Source: Octopus vulgaris
Taxonomy: Eukaryota
DNA: 64,000 bases
Reading direction: 5' to 3'
Assembly (NCBI GenBank): GCA_951406725.2
Contig: OX597830.1
Location: 58,280,001 to 58,344,000, forward strand
In this document: one piece after another, positions 1-13,949 of the stretch
Position numbering within the stretch: the first letter of the stretch is position 1
Layout: every line of letters starts with the position of its first letter
Made by a program: the position numbers and the translations under genes
The notes under the pieces: generated by a model
The model's input: only the letters and a program-made list of their open reading frames with translations
Databases searched by the model: none
What the model was told of the DNA's origin: nothing

Positions 1-1040
1 CCAGAGAAACGTTGACAGTACACGGCGCTTTCCACCCTGAGAGTGACACCGATAGGCTCTACTTGTCCAGAAGAAAGGGTGTGAGAAGTTTGATCAGTTG
101 CCAGTAATGTAAAGAAGCAGAGGAAAACAACCTTGGGTGGTATATAAAAAATGCCGTGGAGCCACTGCTGAAATACACGAAGAAGGCCGGCGTAATCGAA
201 AATGACGACTGTGTAACTAAAGAAAAATTTTAACAAGAACTGATAAAAAAAAAACATGGAAGGAAAAAGAAAATGTACGGTCAGTTTGCAAGGGAGGTGA
301 ACGTCAAGACAGATACAGAAGATAGGTGGCTATGGATGAGGTGGAGTGACCTGAAGATAGAGACAGGAATACTCATATGCGCAGCTCAAGAACAAGCGTT
401 AAGGACCAATTATATGAAGTGCAGAATAGGCAGCACTACCGATAGCGACAAATGCAGAATGTGTGGAGAGAGAGGTGACATGGTATGGCACATTGTTAAC
501 GAATGCCAGAAATTGGCACAACACAAATACAAAAGATACCAAGACAATGTGATAGAAGGAGTCACCGAAAATGAGAATTACAAAATCCTGTGGGATGCAA
601 TGATCCAGTGCGATCACCCGACCAAACATCGGAAACCGAACATTGTTGTGGTGAATAAAAAAGAAAGAACATTTATGATTATCGACATAGCATGTCCCGG
701 TGACAACAGGGTCGATGTGAAAGAAGAAGAAGAACAAATAAACAACCATGACTATTTAAAGTAGGACATACAAAGGTTGTGGTCAATGAAGAGAGTAGAC
801 TTTATTCTAATAGTATTTTGTGCACTTGGAAGTATCAGCACTCAACTACCAACATGGCTGAAAAAGATCGGTGCAAGTGTGAAGGTAGAACACCTACAAA
901 AATCAGAATTGCTTGGAACTGCAAGAATTCTTTGCAGGGTTCTTGAACCATGACCAGTAAACAAGTGTCACCTTAGTCTGCTGGATGTGGACAGCTGACA
1001 CTTTCCATCATACCCAGCAAAAAAAAAAAAAATTAAAAAA
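1..1040 (+). mobile_element. Decayed 3' part of an R4/Dong-clade non-LTR retrotransposon (CCHC knuckle + restriction-like endonuclease)
   Basis: ORF 273-764 has CRMCGERGDMVWHIVNEC (CCHC) and RKPNIVVVNKKERTFMIIDIACP (PD..D-type RLE). In-frame stops occur up- and downstream, followed by an A-rich tail and (TAA)n. Confidence 0.85.
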
Positions 1041-1074
1041 TAAGCTGGTAGATTTTCATAATAATAATAATAAA

Positions 1075-1703
1075 AGATCTTGAAATAGAAATCAGCAAAA
1101 TGTGGAAGCTGAAGACTAAAACAATACCTGTTGTCATAGGTGCCCTGGGAATGATAGCGAAAGGGACTGATTGGTACCTAACTCAGATACCAGGAAACCC
1201 CAAAATGGCAGAAATTCAAAAGATAGTGCTCATGGGAACTGCTCATATCCTACGCAAAATACTCTCTATGTAATCCCAAGGTTTAAAACAAACTTTTTTT
1301 TTTTTTTTTTTTCTTTTTTCTTTTTTTTTCTTTTTTATTTGTTTATTTTTTATTTTTATGTATTAGACATTCACTAGTACAACACCAAAAAAAAAAACCC
1401 AAATATATGGCACAGAACTTCTAACCTGTTGTCTCTTGAGGTCTCTGGGTGAGACTTGGAGCCAACTTGTACAGACATAAAGCAAAAGTCAAACATAGAA
1501 TAATTATAATAATAAAGTACAACACCCCCACCAATAAAGTACAACACCCCCACCCCTCAAATATATGGCACACTAGGCATAACAACAACATGAACTTCCA
1601 ACCCTGTTGTCTCTTGAGGTCTCTGGGTGAGACTTGGAGCCAACTTGTACAAATATAAAGCAAAAGTCAAACATAGAATAATAATAATAATAATAATAAT
1701 AAT
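1075..1703 (+). mobile_element. Second R4/Dong-like 3' end with duplicated 3' UTR and (TAA)n tail
   Basis: 1077-1272 reads DLEIEISKMWKLKTKTIPVVIGALG...IQKIVLMGTAHILRKILSM*. The 3' UTR block at ~1423-1500 is repeated at ~1602-1680 and the element ends in (TAA)n. Confidence 0.8.
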
Positions 1704-2083
1704 CCTTTCTACTATAGGTACAAGGTCTGAAATTTGATGGGAGAGGACTAGTAGATTATATCGACCCCAGTGCGTAACTTGTACTTAATTAATCGGGCCC
1801 GAAAGGATGAAAGGCTATGTCGAGCTCGGCGGAATTTTAACTCAGAACGTAACGGCAGACGAAATACCTATTTCTTTATTACCCACAAGGGGCTAAACAC
1901 AGAGAGGACAAACAAGGACAGACAAACGGATTAAGTCGATTATATCGACCCCAGTGCGTAACTTGTACTTATTTAATCAACCCCGAAAGGATGAAAGGCA
2001 AACTTGAACTCAGAAAGTAACGGCAGACGAAATACCGCTAAGCATTTCGCCCGGCGTGCTAACGTTTCTGCCAGCTCGCCGCC

Positions 2084-2085
<2 letters not shown>
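1704..2085 (-). mobile_element. tRNA-derived SINE family A, dimeric copy
   Basis: Minus-strand head GGCGGCGAGCTGGCAGAA, B-box-like GAGTTCAA, and core CTTTCATCCTTTCGGG present twice; flanked by (TAA)n. Confidence 0.8.
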
Positions 2086-2146
<61 letters not shown>

Positions 2147-2375
2147 TCAAATTTTGGCACAAGGCCAGCAACTTTCATTGACCCTAGTTCTAGGCGGATA
2201 CTTTATTTGATCAGCCCCGGAAAGATGAAAGGTAAAGTCAAGTTAAAGTAGAGTTCTTTATTGTAATAAATTTATGTGTAGTTTTGAGTCATTATTATCC
2301 TCGACGTCATTGTTATCGTCATCATTATCAACGACGACGACACCAAAAACATCACAAAAGAAAAACTGTTACATC

Positions 2376-3069
2376 TGTAGCGTATCTGATATCCTCACTG
2401 TTTCAGAGACGCAATAGCAAGAGTTCTATAACAAGATGTTGGGGATCTCGAGGCAGAGGCCAGTTGAGGCACTTGTCGTGCAGGCAGCGGTTGGGGCTTC
2501 AATGCCGAGCCGAGTCTCTTGATACAGAAACTTCTTCAGGTAGACTGTGACTGTTTTCCTCGGTTAAATATTCACACAAACAGCGTGGAGTTACACCTGG
2601 TCGGTGTTGATGTGTATATGTTGAAGTCGACGGAGATGGAGACGACGATGGTGATGACGGCCGTGGAGATGGAGAACGTCCTGTCTGTCGCTGGTGTATA
2701 ATAGCGTCTTCACGGCTGGAGCAGTCGCATGGTTGGCTGGTTGGTCGTCTGTCGCTGGAACTGGAACATGGCTGAGTAGCTCTGTGGTCGGTGACTAGAC
2801 CTTAAAAGGTCTGAAGTCGAAAGACGAAGAGTAGTGAAAATGCTGGCCTTTTTAAAGAGTTAAAATGGCTCAAAGAAGGACATCTGAAACACAGTGTCAC
2901 GAGGCCGTGATTGGTTTGCTTACACGCTGGCGCGAAATAAGTCGAGTGACAGACCGCGCTAAATGCTAACCAATCAGATCAGTGGACACAACAAGGTCAA
3001 ACTAGCCAAAGATGGTTGTAATCTCAAACGAGATAGTTCTTATTGTGTCTCTCAAACAGATACGCTACA
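2376..3069. mobile_element. TGT...ACA element with 13-bp TIR and 4-bp TSD (solo LTR or non-autonomous Ginger-type)
   Basis: TGTAGCGTATCTG at 2376 and its reverse complement ending at 3069; CATC directly flanks both ends. Confidence 0.7.
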
Positions 3070-3887
3070 CATCGATTAGATACAGAAGTAAGAGATGTTA
3101 CATTATCAGCCTCATAAAATTTAATAGAAAATAAAACAGGATTTCAAACGATGCTCGAGGTTACATAACTTCATAAAATAAGATACAACTTCGATAGAAG
3201 AAAAAGATGACGTTGGTTTATAAGACCTCCCAGGTTATATTTCTTCTCAAAACTATTCGACTGCATATTTTAACGAAAAAAACACTGGTTCTTGGATTAG
3301 GAATCCGTCTAAATTATATAATTTTATTCAAAGTCTTAATCTTACACTTAAAACTTAATACAGCATAGCAACACTTTTGGGATAAACACAGAATTAATAA
3401 CATATTCAGTCGGAATGTCTGGTCGTAAGTGTCATTAGAAACCGCTGCAATGGCAACTATGCTTTCTTGGCGCGTCTGTTTCTTAATTTTTGTTCTATAT
3501 CAGATTTGATTAATAACTTTTTTCCTATTATTTTGTCAGCCTAATTGATTTTTTTATATATAATTTATACCTAAGTAATGCAATTATATTATAAATTATA
3601 GAGTTATTTCATGAAAAAAAAATCTCTCTCCAAAACGCTTATGCTTACATTCAGCCGGCGCCGTCAGAAATAATGACTTTTTAAATATATACTTGGGGCG
3701 AATTTTCTTTTATAAATATTCAAGTTATTCCTTGTTTGTGTTTGTTTTGATTTGGAATCAGTGCTTCCATATTTTCCATGCTTCCATATGAATTCCGTTG
3801 CCTTCTCTAAGCAAAACGTCACTTCGTTGTGCTTTTTGTTTAAATACTTCTAACTTTAGAGTATTACTTTAATATATTTGACATCTT

Positions 3888-4222
3888 CTTTTCCGCTCTA
3901 GGCACAAGGCCCAAAATTTTAGGGAAGGTGGCCAGTCGATTTGATCTGCCCCAGTACGCAACTGGTACTTAATTTATCGACCCCGAAAGGATGAAAAGCA
4001 AAGTCGACCTCGGCGGAATTTGAACTCAGAACGTAAAGACAAACGAAACACCGCTCAGCATTTTGCCCAGCGTAGCGCTATTTCGTCTATCTTCTGAGGC
4101 CGACTTTGCCTTTCATCCTTTCGAGGTCTATAAAATAAGTATCCGTTGAACACTGGAATCGATTACATCGATTCATTCTCTTCTCCCAACTTTCTGGTCT
4201 TATGCAAAAATTTGGAATCAAT
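3888..4222. mobile_element. Two SINE family A copies in opposite orientation
   Basis: Core GACCCCGAAAGGATGAAAAGCAAAGTCGAC (minus copy ~3888-4075) and its reverse complement (plus copy ~4085-4222). Confidence 0.7.
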
Positions 4223-4279
4223 ATTTACAAAATTATTCTCTAAAGATGGACTTAATTCTCAAAAATAAAAAAAAGATGA

Positions 4280-4755
<476 letters not shown>

Positions 4756-4889
4756 AATATCCTTTTCTACTCTAGGTACAAGGCCCGAAATTTTAGGTGA
4801 GGTGGGGGCCAGTCGATTAGACCGACCTCAGTACGCAACTGGTACTTAATTTATTGACCCTGAAAGCAAAGTCGATTTCGGGTGGAGTT

Positions 4890-5810
4890 AGAAGCGTTTG
4901 GCTGCAATGTTTCAACATTCTAAATGTTTGGACACTTCGGTTCATCCAGTGGGTTCAAAATATTGAGGATGGTCCTGAAAAATCAATGAGGGCTCTCGCC
5001 AAAGATCTTCAACTGTCGGGATGAACTACCTAAACTATAGTGCACGAGGACTAAGGAGAGGCCAATTCATGTCTGCGAAGACTCAGGAAAACCGCTGAAT
5101 CTGTTCCAAGTGGTTATTTAAGGTTAAAAACTTCCACAAACATGCCATGCTTGGTTCTTTTCCGATGTGAAGAGTTTTGATCAAGACGAAAAGCCTAACA
5201 GGAGAAATAATGGTTATGTGCAAATCTTCCTGATGTCCTCACTCCATACAAAGTTTCCAACAGCTGCGAGGGTTTTAGGAGCGGTGACTAACGAAGATCT
5301 CACATCTTTCCGCGGGATCTTAGCATTAATGTTGCTGAATATGTTGAAGGGCAGGAAACCTCTGTTAAGCCCTGGATGGATGAAGTATGTAGTGCTGGAA
5401 TAAAACTTAGCAGCTTCTCACAAAACTTACGTAACCCAAAAATGGATGCAGACGACTTTTGCGATGATGGCACACTAAATGTTTGGCTCTAAACTCGCCA
5501 GATAAAAATCCCATGAACAACTACGTTTGGAACGTTGTTGAAAGGGAGACTAGTCGACATCCTCACAGTATCATTGCTCAGGTGATACCCGAAAATTAAC
5601 AAGAACCATTTAGAGGCACCTGTGTCCACGATTCCGATCCCGCAATGAGGCAGTTATCAAAGTTGAAGGCAGATTCATAATCTAATAAGAAATCTTATCG
5701 AGAACATGTGTACAAATCTTTTATTAAAATGCATTTTGATTTTGCAAGATTAGAGTCGTTTCATTAAATTATCAGCTATGTCCTCAAATACCTCTCGCAT
5801 CCTGTAAATT
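4890..5810 (+). mobile_element. Highly decayed Tc1/mariner (maT/DD37D-like) transposase
   Basis: Frame-broken remnants such as FSDVKSFDQDEKPNRRN, HTKFPTAARVLGAV and W.*.NSPD.NPM..YVW match the maT catalytic region. Confidence 0.6.
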
Positions 5811-5894
5811 AAAAATCCAGTTTCTTCCGAAACATTCTCAGATCAGACTCCAATTATATTAAATATAAGCTGCTTAATATTAATGTTGGTTTCA

Positions 5895-6522
5895 CACTTT
5901 GGCACAAGACCAGAAATTTCCGAGAAGGGGCTAAGTCGATTAGATCGATCCCAGTATTTCACTGGTACTTATTTTATCGACCCTGAAAGAATGAAAGGCA
6001 AAGTCGACCTCGGCGGAATTTGAACTCAGAACGTAACGGCAGACGAAATACCTATTTCTTTACTACCCACAAGGGGCTAAACACAGAGGGGACAAACAAG
6101 AACAGACAAACGGATTAAGTCGATTATATCGACCCCAGTGCGAAACTGGTACTTATTTAATCGACCCGAAAGGATGAAAGGCAAAGTCGACCTCGGCGGA
6201 ATTTGAACTCAGAACGTAACGGCAGACGAAATACCGCTACGCATTTCGCCCGGCGTGCTAACGATTCTGCCAGCTCGCCGCCTCTGTCTTGGTATACACA
6301 AATATAGTCCTTTCTATTATAGGCACAAGGCCTGAAATTTGGGGAGAGGAGACTAGTCGATTACATCGACTCCAGTGTTTCAATGGTACTTAATTTATCG
6401 ATCCCAAAAGGATGAAAGGTAAAGTCGACCTCGGCGGAATTAGAACTTACAACGTAGCGATGAGTGAAATACCGCTAAGCATTTCGTGCTGCGCGCTAAC
6501 GATTCTGCCAGCTCGCCGCCTT
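5895..6522 (-). mobile_element. Two tandem SINE family A copies (dimeric 5895-6283, monomeric 6308-6522)
   Basis: Same head and core as 1704-2085. Confidence 0.8.
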
Positions 6523-6847
6523 GTAAAACATTTAGGGGAGAAATGGGGATAAAGTTTGCAAGAAGTCGTGGTAGAGTTTTTGTTTTTATGAATTGGATTT
6601 ATTTAAAACTGACCAGCAAGAAGCAAAACTAAAAATTATTTTGATGTCACTGGTGCAACAGAAAAACAAAATTTCCACACTTTTATCGAATCCAAGTTCT
6701 ATAGAGCATCAGTTCTTTTGTAGAGCCTTTATTTAGTTACAATATCGCACCATAACAAATACGACAATGAACAATAAAAGTTATGGTTTTCCTCTTCCAT
6801 TGGTCCACTTAATCATGTGCTTGAATAGTCAGGAGTGGAACAGATTG

Positions 6848-6850
<3 letters not shown>

Positions 6851-6893
<43 letters not shown>
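6851..6893. repeat. (TG)n microsatellite
   Basis: Seen directly. Confidence 0.95.
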
Positions 6894-6895
<2 letters not shown>

Positions 6896-7203
6896 AGAAC
6901 GACAATATAGAGGAGAGAGAATGCGAAAATGTCCGTTCTCTGCATGGATAAAAATTGCTCTAATAAACTGAAAGTCAAAAGCTTCAACGTTTTTCCGATT
7001 GTGAAAATGGCGACGGTTTCGTGGCGTAAAATTCAATTTTTAATAACTTTAATGCGGCTGGTTGTAGAATGTCGGAAAGAATTGCCTTCCGGGTATTTGT
7101 TCCGCTGTTCTAAGTTCAAATTCCACCGAGGTCAACTCTAGTGTTTATTCTTTGTGTGTGGGCGAGGGGGGGCATAAATAAAGTAACCATCTTGTATTGG
7201 GAT

Positions 7204-7290
7204 TTCTTCTTCTTCTTCTTCTTCTTCTTCTTCTTCTTCTTCTTCTTCTTCTTCTTCTTCTTCTTCTTCTTCTTCTTCTTCTTCTTCTTC
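7204..7290. repeat. (TTC)n microsatellite
   Basis: Seen directly; explains the poly-K/R/F ORFs. Confidence 0.95.
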
Positions 7291-7843
7291 CTTTCTTTCC
7301 TTGCACTTTCTCTTTGGAACAAATCATTTGTGATCAAACGAGGTGATAGAGAGAGTCCGCATGATTTAAAATCCTAAACACACGCCCTAAGTCATCACAG
7401 CGCTCCTGCAACGCTTCAAAAATTGAGGACCAAATGAAGAATTAATGATTTGATTGTGGATATGATTCTTGTCGAGGAATTTGTCGTTGTTCTTACTTCT
7501 GCAAACAAACAGATATACAAATATAGATCTGTTTATCTGTTTGTTTAGTCAAGGAAGAGACCAATACATAACATTCGTTTCTTTCTGACGAGGTGCCACG
7601 ATGTACGTTTGGAAAATGAGAAGCTGTCAGTGAAAGTTTTCTCAAGGGTCCCCAGGGGTTTATGTAAAGCGAATAGACTTCAACTGGGGAATCGAAATCG
7701 TTCATAACATCGGCCCAGCGGCAGCATTTCGATTTTGTGGCGCCTGCAATACACCAGCAGACACTTGTAGACAGGCACATGCACGCCATTTTAAATTAAG
7801 TGTATCATTTCACATTATATCATACTTCAATATGCACACCCTT

Positions 7844-7901
<58 letters not shown>

Positions 7902-8347
7902 GTGTGTGTGTGTGTGTGTGTTTATAGTCTATGTGTATTCAGTAATTATGTGACTATTATAGGCTTATCATATTCCAAAGATGGGAACTGTGGGCTGTCA
8001 AGAAGATAAGAATATTTATCAAGCTAATATCTTGTGAATAGTATAGCCTTACCAGGCAATAGAGCGTGTGAAAGGATCCGGGAATTCTTTGGCAAAATAT
8101 TGACATAAAGAAGATAAGATATCGTACGAGTCTTGGCCCACCTCGTCTATTTTCTGACGAACCCTTCAACAGTATTGTGAAACCCCACGGGAAGTATAAT
8201 TAACAGTTAATAGGTGTGAAAGTCTCCTGGCTGACAAGTCAATGAGTTATTAATTCTCTGATTTATGAGCATTCAGCCGAGAATGCAAACCAAAAAATAA
8301 ATATATATACACATTTAAAACAACAGACGATTTATGATTATATCGAA

Positions 8348-8374
8348 TATATGTGTGTGTGGGTGGTTGTATAC

Positions 8375-8426
<52 letters not shown>

Positions 8427-8522
8427 GTGCGTGTGTATGTGTGTGTATATATATATATATAAATATGTGTGTGTATAAGATATATATACATGTATTATAT
8501 ATATATATGTGTGTGTATACAG

Positions 8523-8597
<75 letters not shown>

Positions 8598-8599
8598 TG

Positions 8600-8653
<54 letters not shown>

Positions 8654-8765
8654 TATGTATGTATATATGCATATATATATATACATATATACGCACACCC
8701 ACATATATCTGTGTGTACATACACGCATACAAATATACATAACACTCACATGTTGTATGTGTGTT
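8348..8765. repeat. Compound (TA)n/(TG)n/(TATG)n microsatellite
   Basis: Seen directly; explains the YI/VC ORFs. Confidence 0.95.
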
Positions 8766-9541
8766 TAGACGTTTTGTGCATATTTTTTGAAGGGCCTTTT
8801 TTTTTTTTACCTAAATTTCTAAGGGATTATTTTCCGACACTGTTTCCAAAAATTTTTACCCATTTCATTTTCACAGAAAGAAAAATAATTTTCCAGATTA
8901 TTATTTTTTTTTGTTATTCTCGTCGCTCTTGACTTCTTTTCTACATTAATCGAGACAGAAGAGGATTATTGAAGTTTAACAATTATCTCAGGAAGGCAGC
9001 TATATGTCGGTTTCAATGCCAAGTTGGCAATTTAGTGTGTTCTGTTTTGAACTCTAATTATTCTTCCAATTATCAATGTTAGTCACGGTTCGATGCAGAG
9101 GATTACTCCCAAAAACAATTCAGCTGTAACGCAGTTGACAGAAGTATGACAGGCAATCACTGGTGGACTACAGTTGGATGACTATAAACAATAGAATAAT
9201 ATCTGCTTGATAAGAACTGTCTGCATTGATCGTTAGTTCTTGTTAGTAAGATCAAAGCAAAAATGGTCGAGGTATTAGACAATGAACCAAGAGGACGGCG
9301 GTTCGGATGTTGTCCCCGAAATTGTGTTGTCATTAAGGTATTTAACTCTCAACAGTGCTCTTTTATATATATAAACATAACGTCGTAAGAAATTTGAAAA
9401 GCTAAACGCGAAACCGGTCTTTCTTCTAAATTATGTCATTGTAAGGAAAAAAAATTTTTTAATATTCTTCAGACATATTGACGCAAATATATATATTTTT
9501 TAACCTTTAAGCCTTCTGTAGTTTTTTCACTTTTTACTATT

Positions 9542-9605
<64 letters not shown>

Positions 9606-9607
<2 letters not shown>

Positions 9608-9930
9608 CTTGGGATCTAGGGAAATGGACAGGTCCTCCGAGATCGGTTAGATCGACGTCATTAATGTTCCTCTCGTTACAAATCAATATCTACGGGATAA
9701 ACATTAATTGGCAGGGAGTTCCACTGGGAATCGACGTTCTTAAGGAAGGACTGGGCAAGAGGCCTGGCGGGCAGGACACAACAATGCTGATGAGAGATGA
9801 GGAGACGTGTGGATTGGAATGGAGTTAACGAGAGACGAACCGGCTCGGAAGAGGGGCAAAAGCCATTACTGTATCGGCTTACAAGGCAGAGAAAGAAAAC
9901 GGCGCTTCTGTAAGCCAAAGGATGAAGTGT
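9606..9930 (-). mobile_element. CR1/L2-group LINE 3' end remnant
   Basis: Minus ORF ends ...AQSFLKNVDSQWNSLPINVYP, the SF....WNSLP C-terminal motif of CR1/L2/Jockey-group ORF2; abuts (TA)n. Confidence 0.6.
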
Positions 9931-12488
9931 CCCTGTGAGTTACTTTATGCCAATCTTTCGGGTGGCTTGTCCCTGAGATATTGTCTGTGTGTGCGTGTGC
10001 GTGCGGCAGCAGCACCATCCCAGATGTGAATGAAATGCCCATTACGGGCTTCATTGAGTCAGTGACTGTTGCAGGATGGAATACCTTCTGGCCCTCAATA
10101 GAAGGGTCAGTTTTAGGATATAGTCCTAGCTATATTAAGCGACATTTTGAATTATTTGAATCATCATCATCATCATCATCATCATTAAGGTAGTGAGCTT
10201 GAAGAATCGTTGGAGCATCGGAAAAAAGTGTTATGTGTTCCGTCTCTTTCTATTTTGTGTTCAAATCAGGCAGAGATTAACTTTGACTACTGTACTAGAC
10301 TTATACTTTATTTTATTAGGGTCTGATGTATCGACTACTCCCCATTCCCATCAGAACTGCTGGCCTTGTGCCTAAATCATCATCGTCATCATCAAGGCAG
10401 CGGGTTGGCAGAATTGTTAGAGTGAATTATCACGTTCGAATTTAGTTGTCCCCAACGTTGTTGAACTTGATAAAATTTGAAAGATTCGAAAGCAAGGTTG
10501 TTGGAGACAAACCACCACGAGTCCAGGGGCCTGCAGCCTTTTTTATGTAAGAAACTAAATTTATTTAACTCAGACATTCGAGTAAGAATGGCCATCCGCA
10601 TCAATGAATGATTATAGACAAAAGGGTCTGCATTCAAACCAGAGAAAATCATCGGGAAATACAGATTGTGAATCTTGAAATGATGAAACTAGTGTTTTCT
10701 TGAGAGTTGATTGATAATTCATCGATAGTTATAATTGTATTTAATCAGTGATTGGTTCGAACACAGTAATATTGTTTAGAGTAAGTATTTAGTCCAAAGA
10801 GTTTAGCTTCATTCACATTTACTGAGCTGAGCATTTGGGGAGGAAACATTCTCGCTGCCCTGAATGGATCAGTCCAAGTCACTGAGTCGCTGGTTACCCG
10901 TCAACTTTAATATTTTTATAAAAGGAAATTGAGGGAGAAATAATTCAGAAATTGAAATTCAAACTTGTGATAATTAAAACATTGAAATTAAAATACTAAT
11001 TCAATAAAAACATGAATTTTAAATTCAGAATGCTAAAGTGGGTAATTTTTTAAAACTGAATTAAATTTAAATTTTAGATTATTTCATAAATCTTCCATTT
11101 TGATTTATCAACAATTTGATCACCTTAAACTTGAAGCCGAAAAAAAATTTAGTCTTGGATACATCACAAATGTCAAATAGAAGTTTTCTCGCTAAACTGA
11201 TTTTTGCACACAATATATCGATTTTGTATTTAACTCATAAAGCACTGGGATTTGAACTTACATAGCATGGAGTGCTGAGCACATTTTCTGAAAAGGAGAC
11301 GACCATGCACACATCAAAAACAAAAAATAGTTAAAAGATCTTGTTAGTATATAATGGTGGCAAGTTTTACATCATCTGAAAAAGTCATTAGTTGAACTAT
11401 TAATCCTCTTGCATTTTGTGGGGTATCGGAGCGTTTGATTGACATTAAACCCCCAACAAAAGCCCATAAATTAAATGTATCTATCTGGGCCACAATCGTG
11501 GTCTGTCGACCTGTACCTGACGGCCACGATCGTGGTCGCCGCGCTTTATGTGTTAATTATGATCATTTTCCCTTTGGAGTTCAATTTTCTTTTTATTTAT
11601 TTATACGATTTATAACCCTGTGTGGAAAAAGAAGTGTATTTGTCATTTGACACTTGTTTTCTTTCAATATCCAACCGACTGACCCAGCTAAATATGTTAA
11701 TAGAAAAATTATTTGAAGTATTTTTCATTGCTGTGTAGTAAAACATTTTCTATACCATCCGACTTACCATCAGCTTCAGATACTTCTCGGGTAGGCGTGG
11801 GGTGGGGTATGGGTGCTTGAAACCTAACAGTGTTTGTCTCTTGAAGGTTTACAACTGAATACATTCTTAAATAAACAAGAAAAGAAAATGCTTTCCAAAA
11901 GAGATTCTCAAAATATTGAAATGGAAAAGACTGAAAGCTGGACACAACATTTTTAGACTGGTTCAACTCCTAATTTCATTCTTCAACCATAAATGTAACC
12001 AGATGGAAACAATAAAGACTTGATTGTAAGGATTCTCACGAAGGTTTATATAAAAGACGTTAATAACTGGTTTGAGATAATATTCTGTCAAAACTCAATA
12101 ATTCTGTCAAATTAGAGAAAGACTAATGGCTCTTAGGATTAGCAGAACAACAGCGAGGTAGTTTCAAAGTTACTAGATTCTGTACTGGCCAAATATTCTT
12201 CCTTGTTGATTGTTTAAATCTGTCTTTAAGGGCCCTTTAAAACTTCTGCCGATTATCGATCATACTAGTTTGAAAATAAGTTACATAGTGTAACTCCCTG
12301 CCTTTTATTTGAGGCTTTAATCGCAGAGAATCGACTTTGGAATTGCATATTTGATATTCACAGATGTAATACAAGATGAAACTACTTTCACTTGTAGTTG
12401 ACAATGAATTTACATAAAGCAATGGAAGAGAGCATCACTGGCGATCCGGCTGTTCATGTTTGTAACTTCTTTCACTGATTACGTAGAT

Positions 12489-12554
<66 letters not shown>

Positions 12555-13061
12555 GAGTTGTGCATGGTGTTGGAGAAGGTGGTTCTCAATGACTGTCTGA
12601 GTGAACGACGGCTAATGTGTACTTTCAAAGATCGAGATAGATGTCTGCAGAGATGGGTGTGGTGGGGTCAGACAGGCAGGGAATTTGGCGGGTTTGGCAA
12701 AGATGGGGGCTGGCGCTTGGAAGCTTTGTTTGAGTGTAAGGAGATGCTGTCCTGGCCGGTGGTCATAATTTGAAGTGATCGCAGTTGCTTTCGTGCCTGG
12801 CGTGTAACGTGTACATGGGAGTGAATATGGTGTTATAAAAAGGAAAACTATTGGAGTTGTACCTGGTATATATAGTGTAGAATTAGATGCAAGCCACGGA
12901 GACTGGAGTAAGCTCCGACCAAATGATCCTGTAAGCTGGAGACGAATTAACTTAATGTCAGTTCGATCCAATCTATTACAACACCGCCTCAAATATCGTC
13001 TCAAAATAAGAAATCAACATAATTAAGACATTCTTTGAAATTCAATAAAATTTTGACTCAC

Positions 13062-13584
13062 CGAGTATTTTCATAATCTTTGCGTCCAATTCTTCGGAAA
13101 ATTTATCGGCAGCACCGAAAATATCATCATATTTACCAGACAGGTGACCTTCATATACTGTCAGGAAAAAAATGTATTTCTTGCCAGAATCCACATCCGC
13201 GTAGCAAGAGATTTGCTCACCAAAATTACTTATTAGGTAAGTGGAATTAAGATTTGATGTCTGAGAAAGCGTTTTCGATACATTCTTCAGGTAATCTTCT
13301 CCTTTGTACACAGTTAAGATCCTTACATCAGCGCTGTACGTCCCAGATTTCGTGCGATTCAATTTGTAGGCAGCTTCAACCCGTCCGCTTACGACTACTT
13401 CAGCCAGATCAACTCTCTCTCTCAGTGGAGCTGCTTCCCACCCGTTTAACAAAAGTATACAGGCGTTTGTTTGATTTGAAAGGCAGACGACAACGAAACA
13501 GATCCACAGTAGAATAGCCAGGTGGCATGAAACAGGTAAAAAGCGAGTAAATTTTAGACGTTGATGACAACGGGGTGGCGACAT
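13062..13584 (-). CDS. First coding exon of a secreted NtA (agrin N-terminal / TIMP-like OB-fold) domain protein
   Basis: ATG at 13584 and hydrophobic signal segment (LAILLWICFVVVCL...NAC). NtA-like pattern LRERVDLAEVVVSGRV...TYSADVRILTVYKG...ISNFG...C...V..GKKYIFFL. Phase-1 donor G|GTGAGT after 13062. No downstream exon was convincingly found in the window. Confidence 0.8.
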
Positions 13585-13949
13585 GTTTGTGGCAATAAAT
13601 AATCCTGGACGTTTCTCAGTCGTAAATCTCTTAAATAATGGCAGTTATTTAGGATGATTAAAATCTACTAAGTAGTGAGAGCAAAAGGTAGACATAAATC
13701 AAATATGATACCTTCTGCTTTAATAACATCGTATTTTTGGATCTGAGGCTGTTAACCTAATTTAGTTCTTTTTTATTTTCTTATTTTCTTATTTTCATAT
13801 TTCCTTTCACGCTGTCTCAGTTCTGTCTTCTGTTACCGAAATTTCTTCAGTGACTCTCTCTAACGTGTTTATATAATTCTCCGTTTTTCTTCGTAGCATA
13901 GTTTTTATGTGCTCCTATAAAGAAAAGAATTCGCATTTATATCGCGCGT

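Noticed and set aside
7493-7743. Possible second exon of the NtA gene (TGCAG|GCGCCACA..., open in phase 1)
   Set aside because: Weak polypyrimidine tract, no recognisable domain and no clear donor.
8150-8200. CTGACGA...GAAAC hammerhead-like motif
   Set aside because: No valid NUH site and no convincing stem I.
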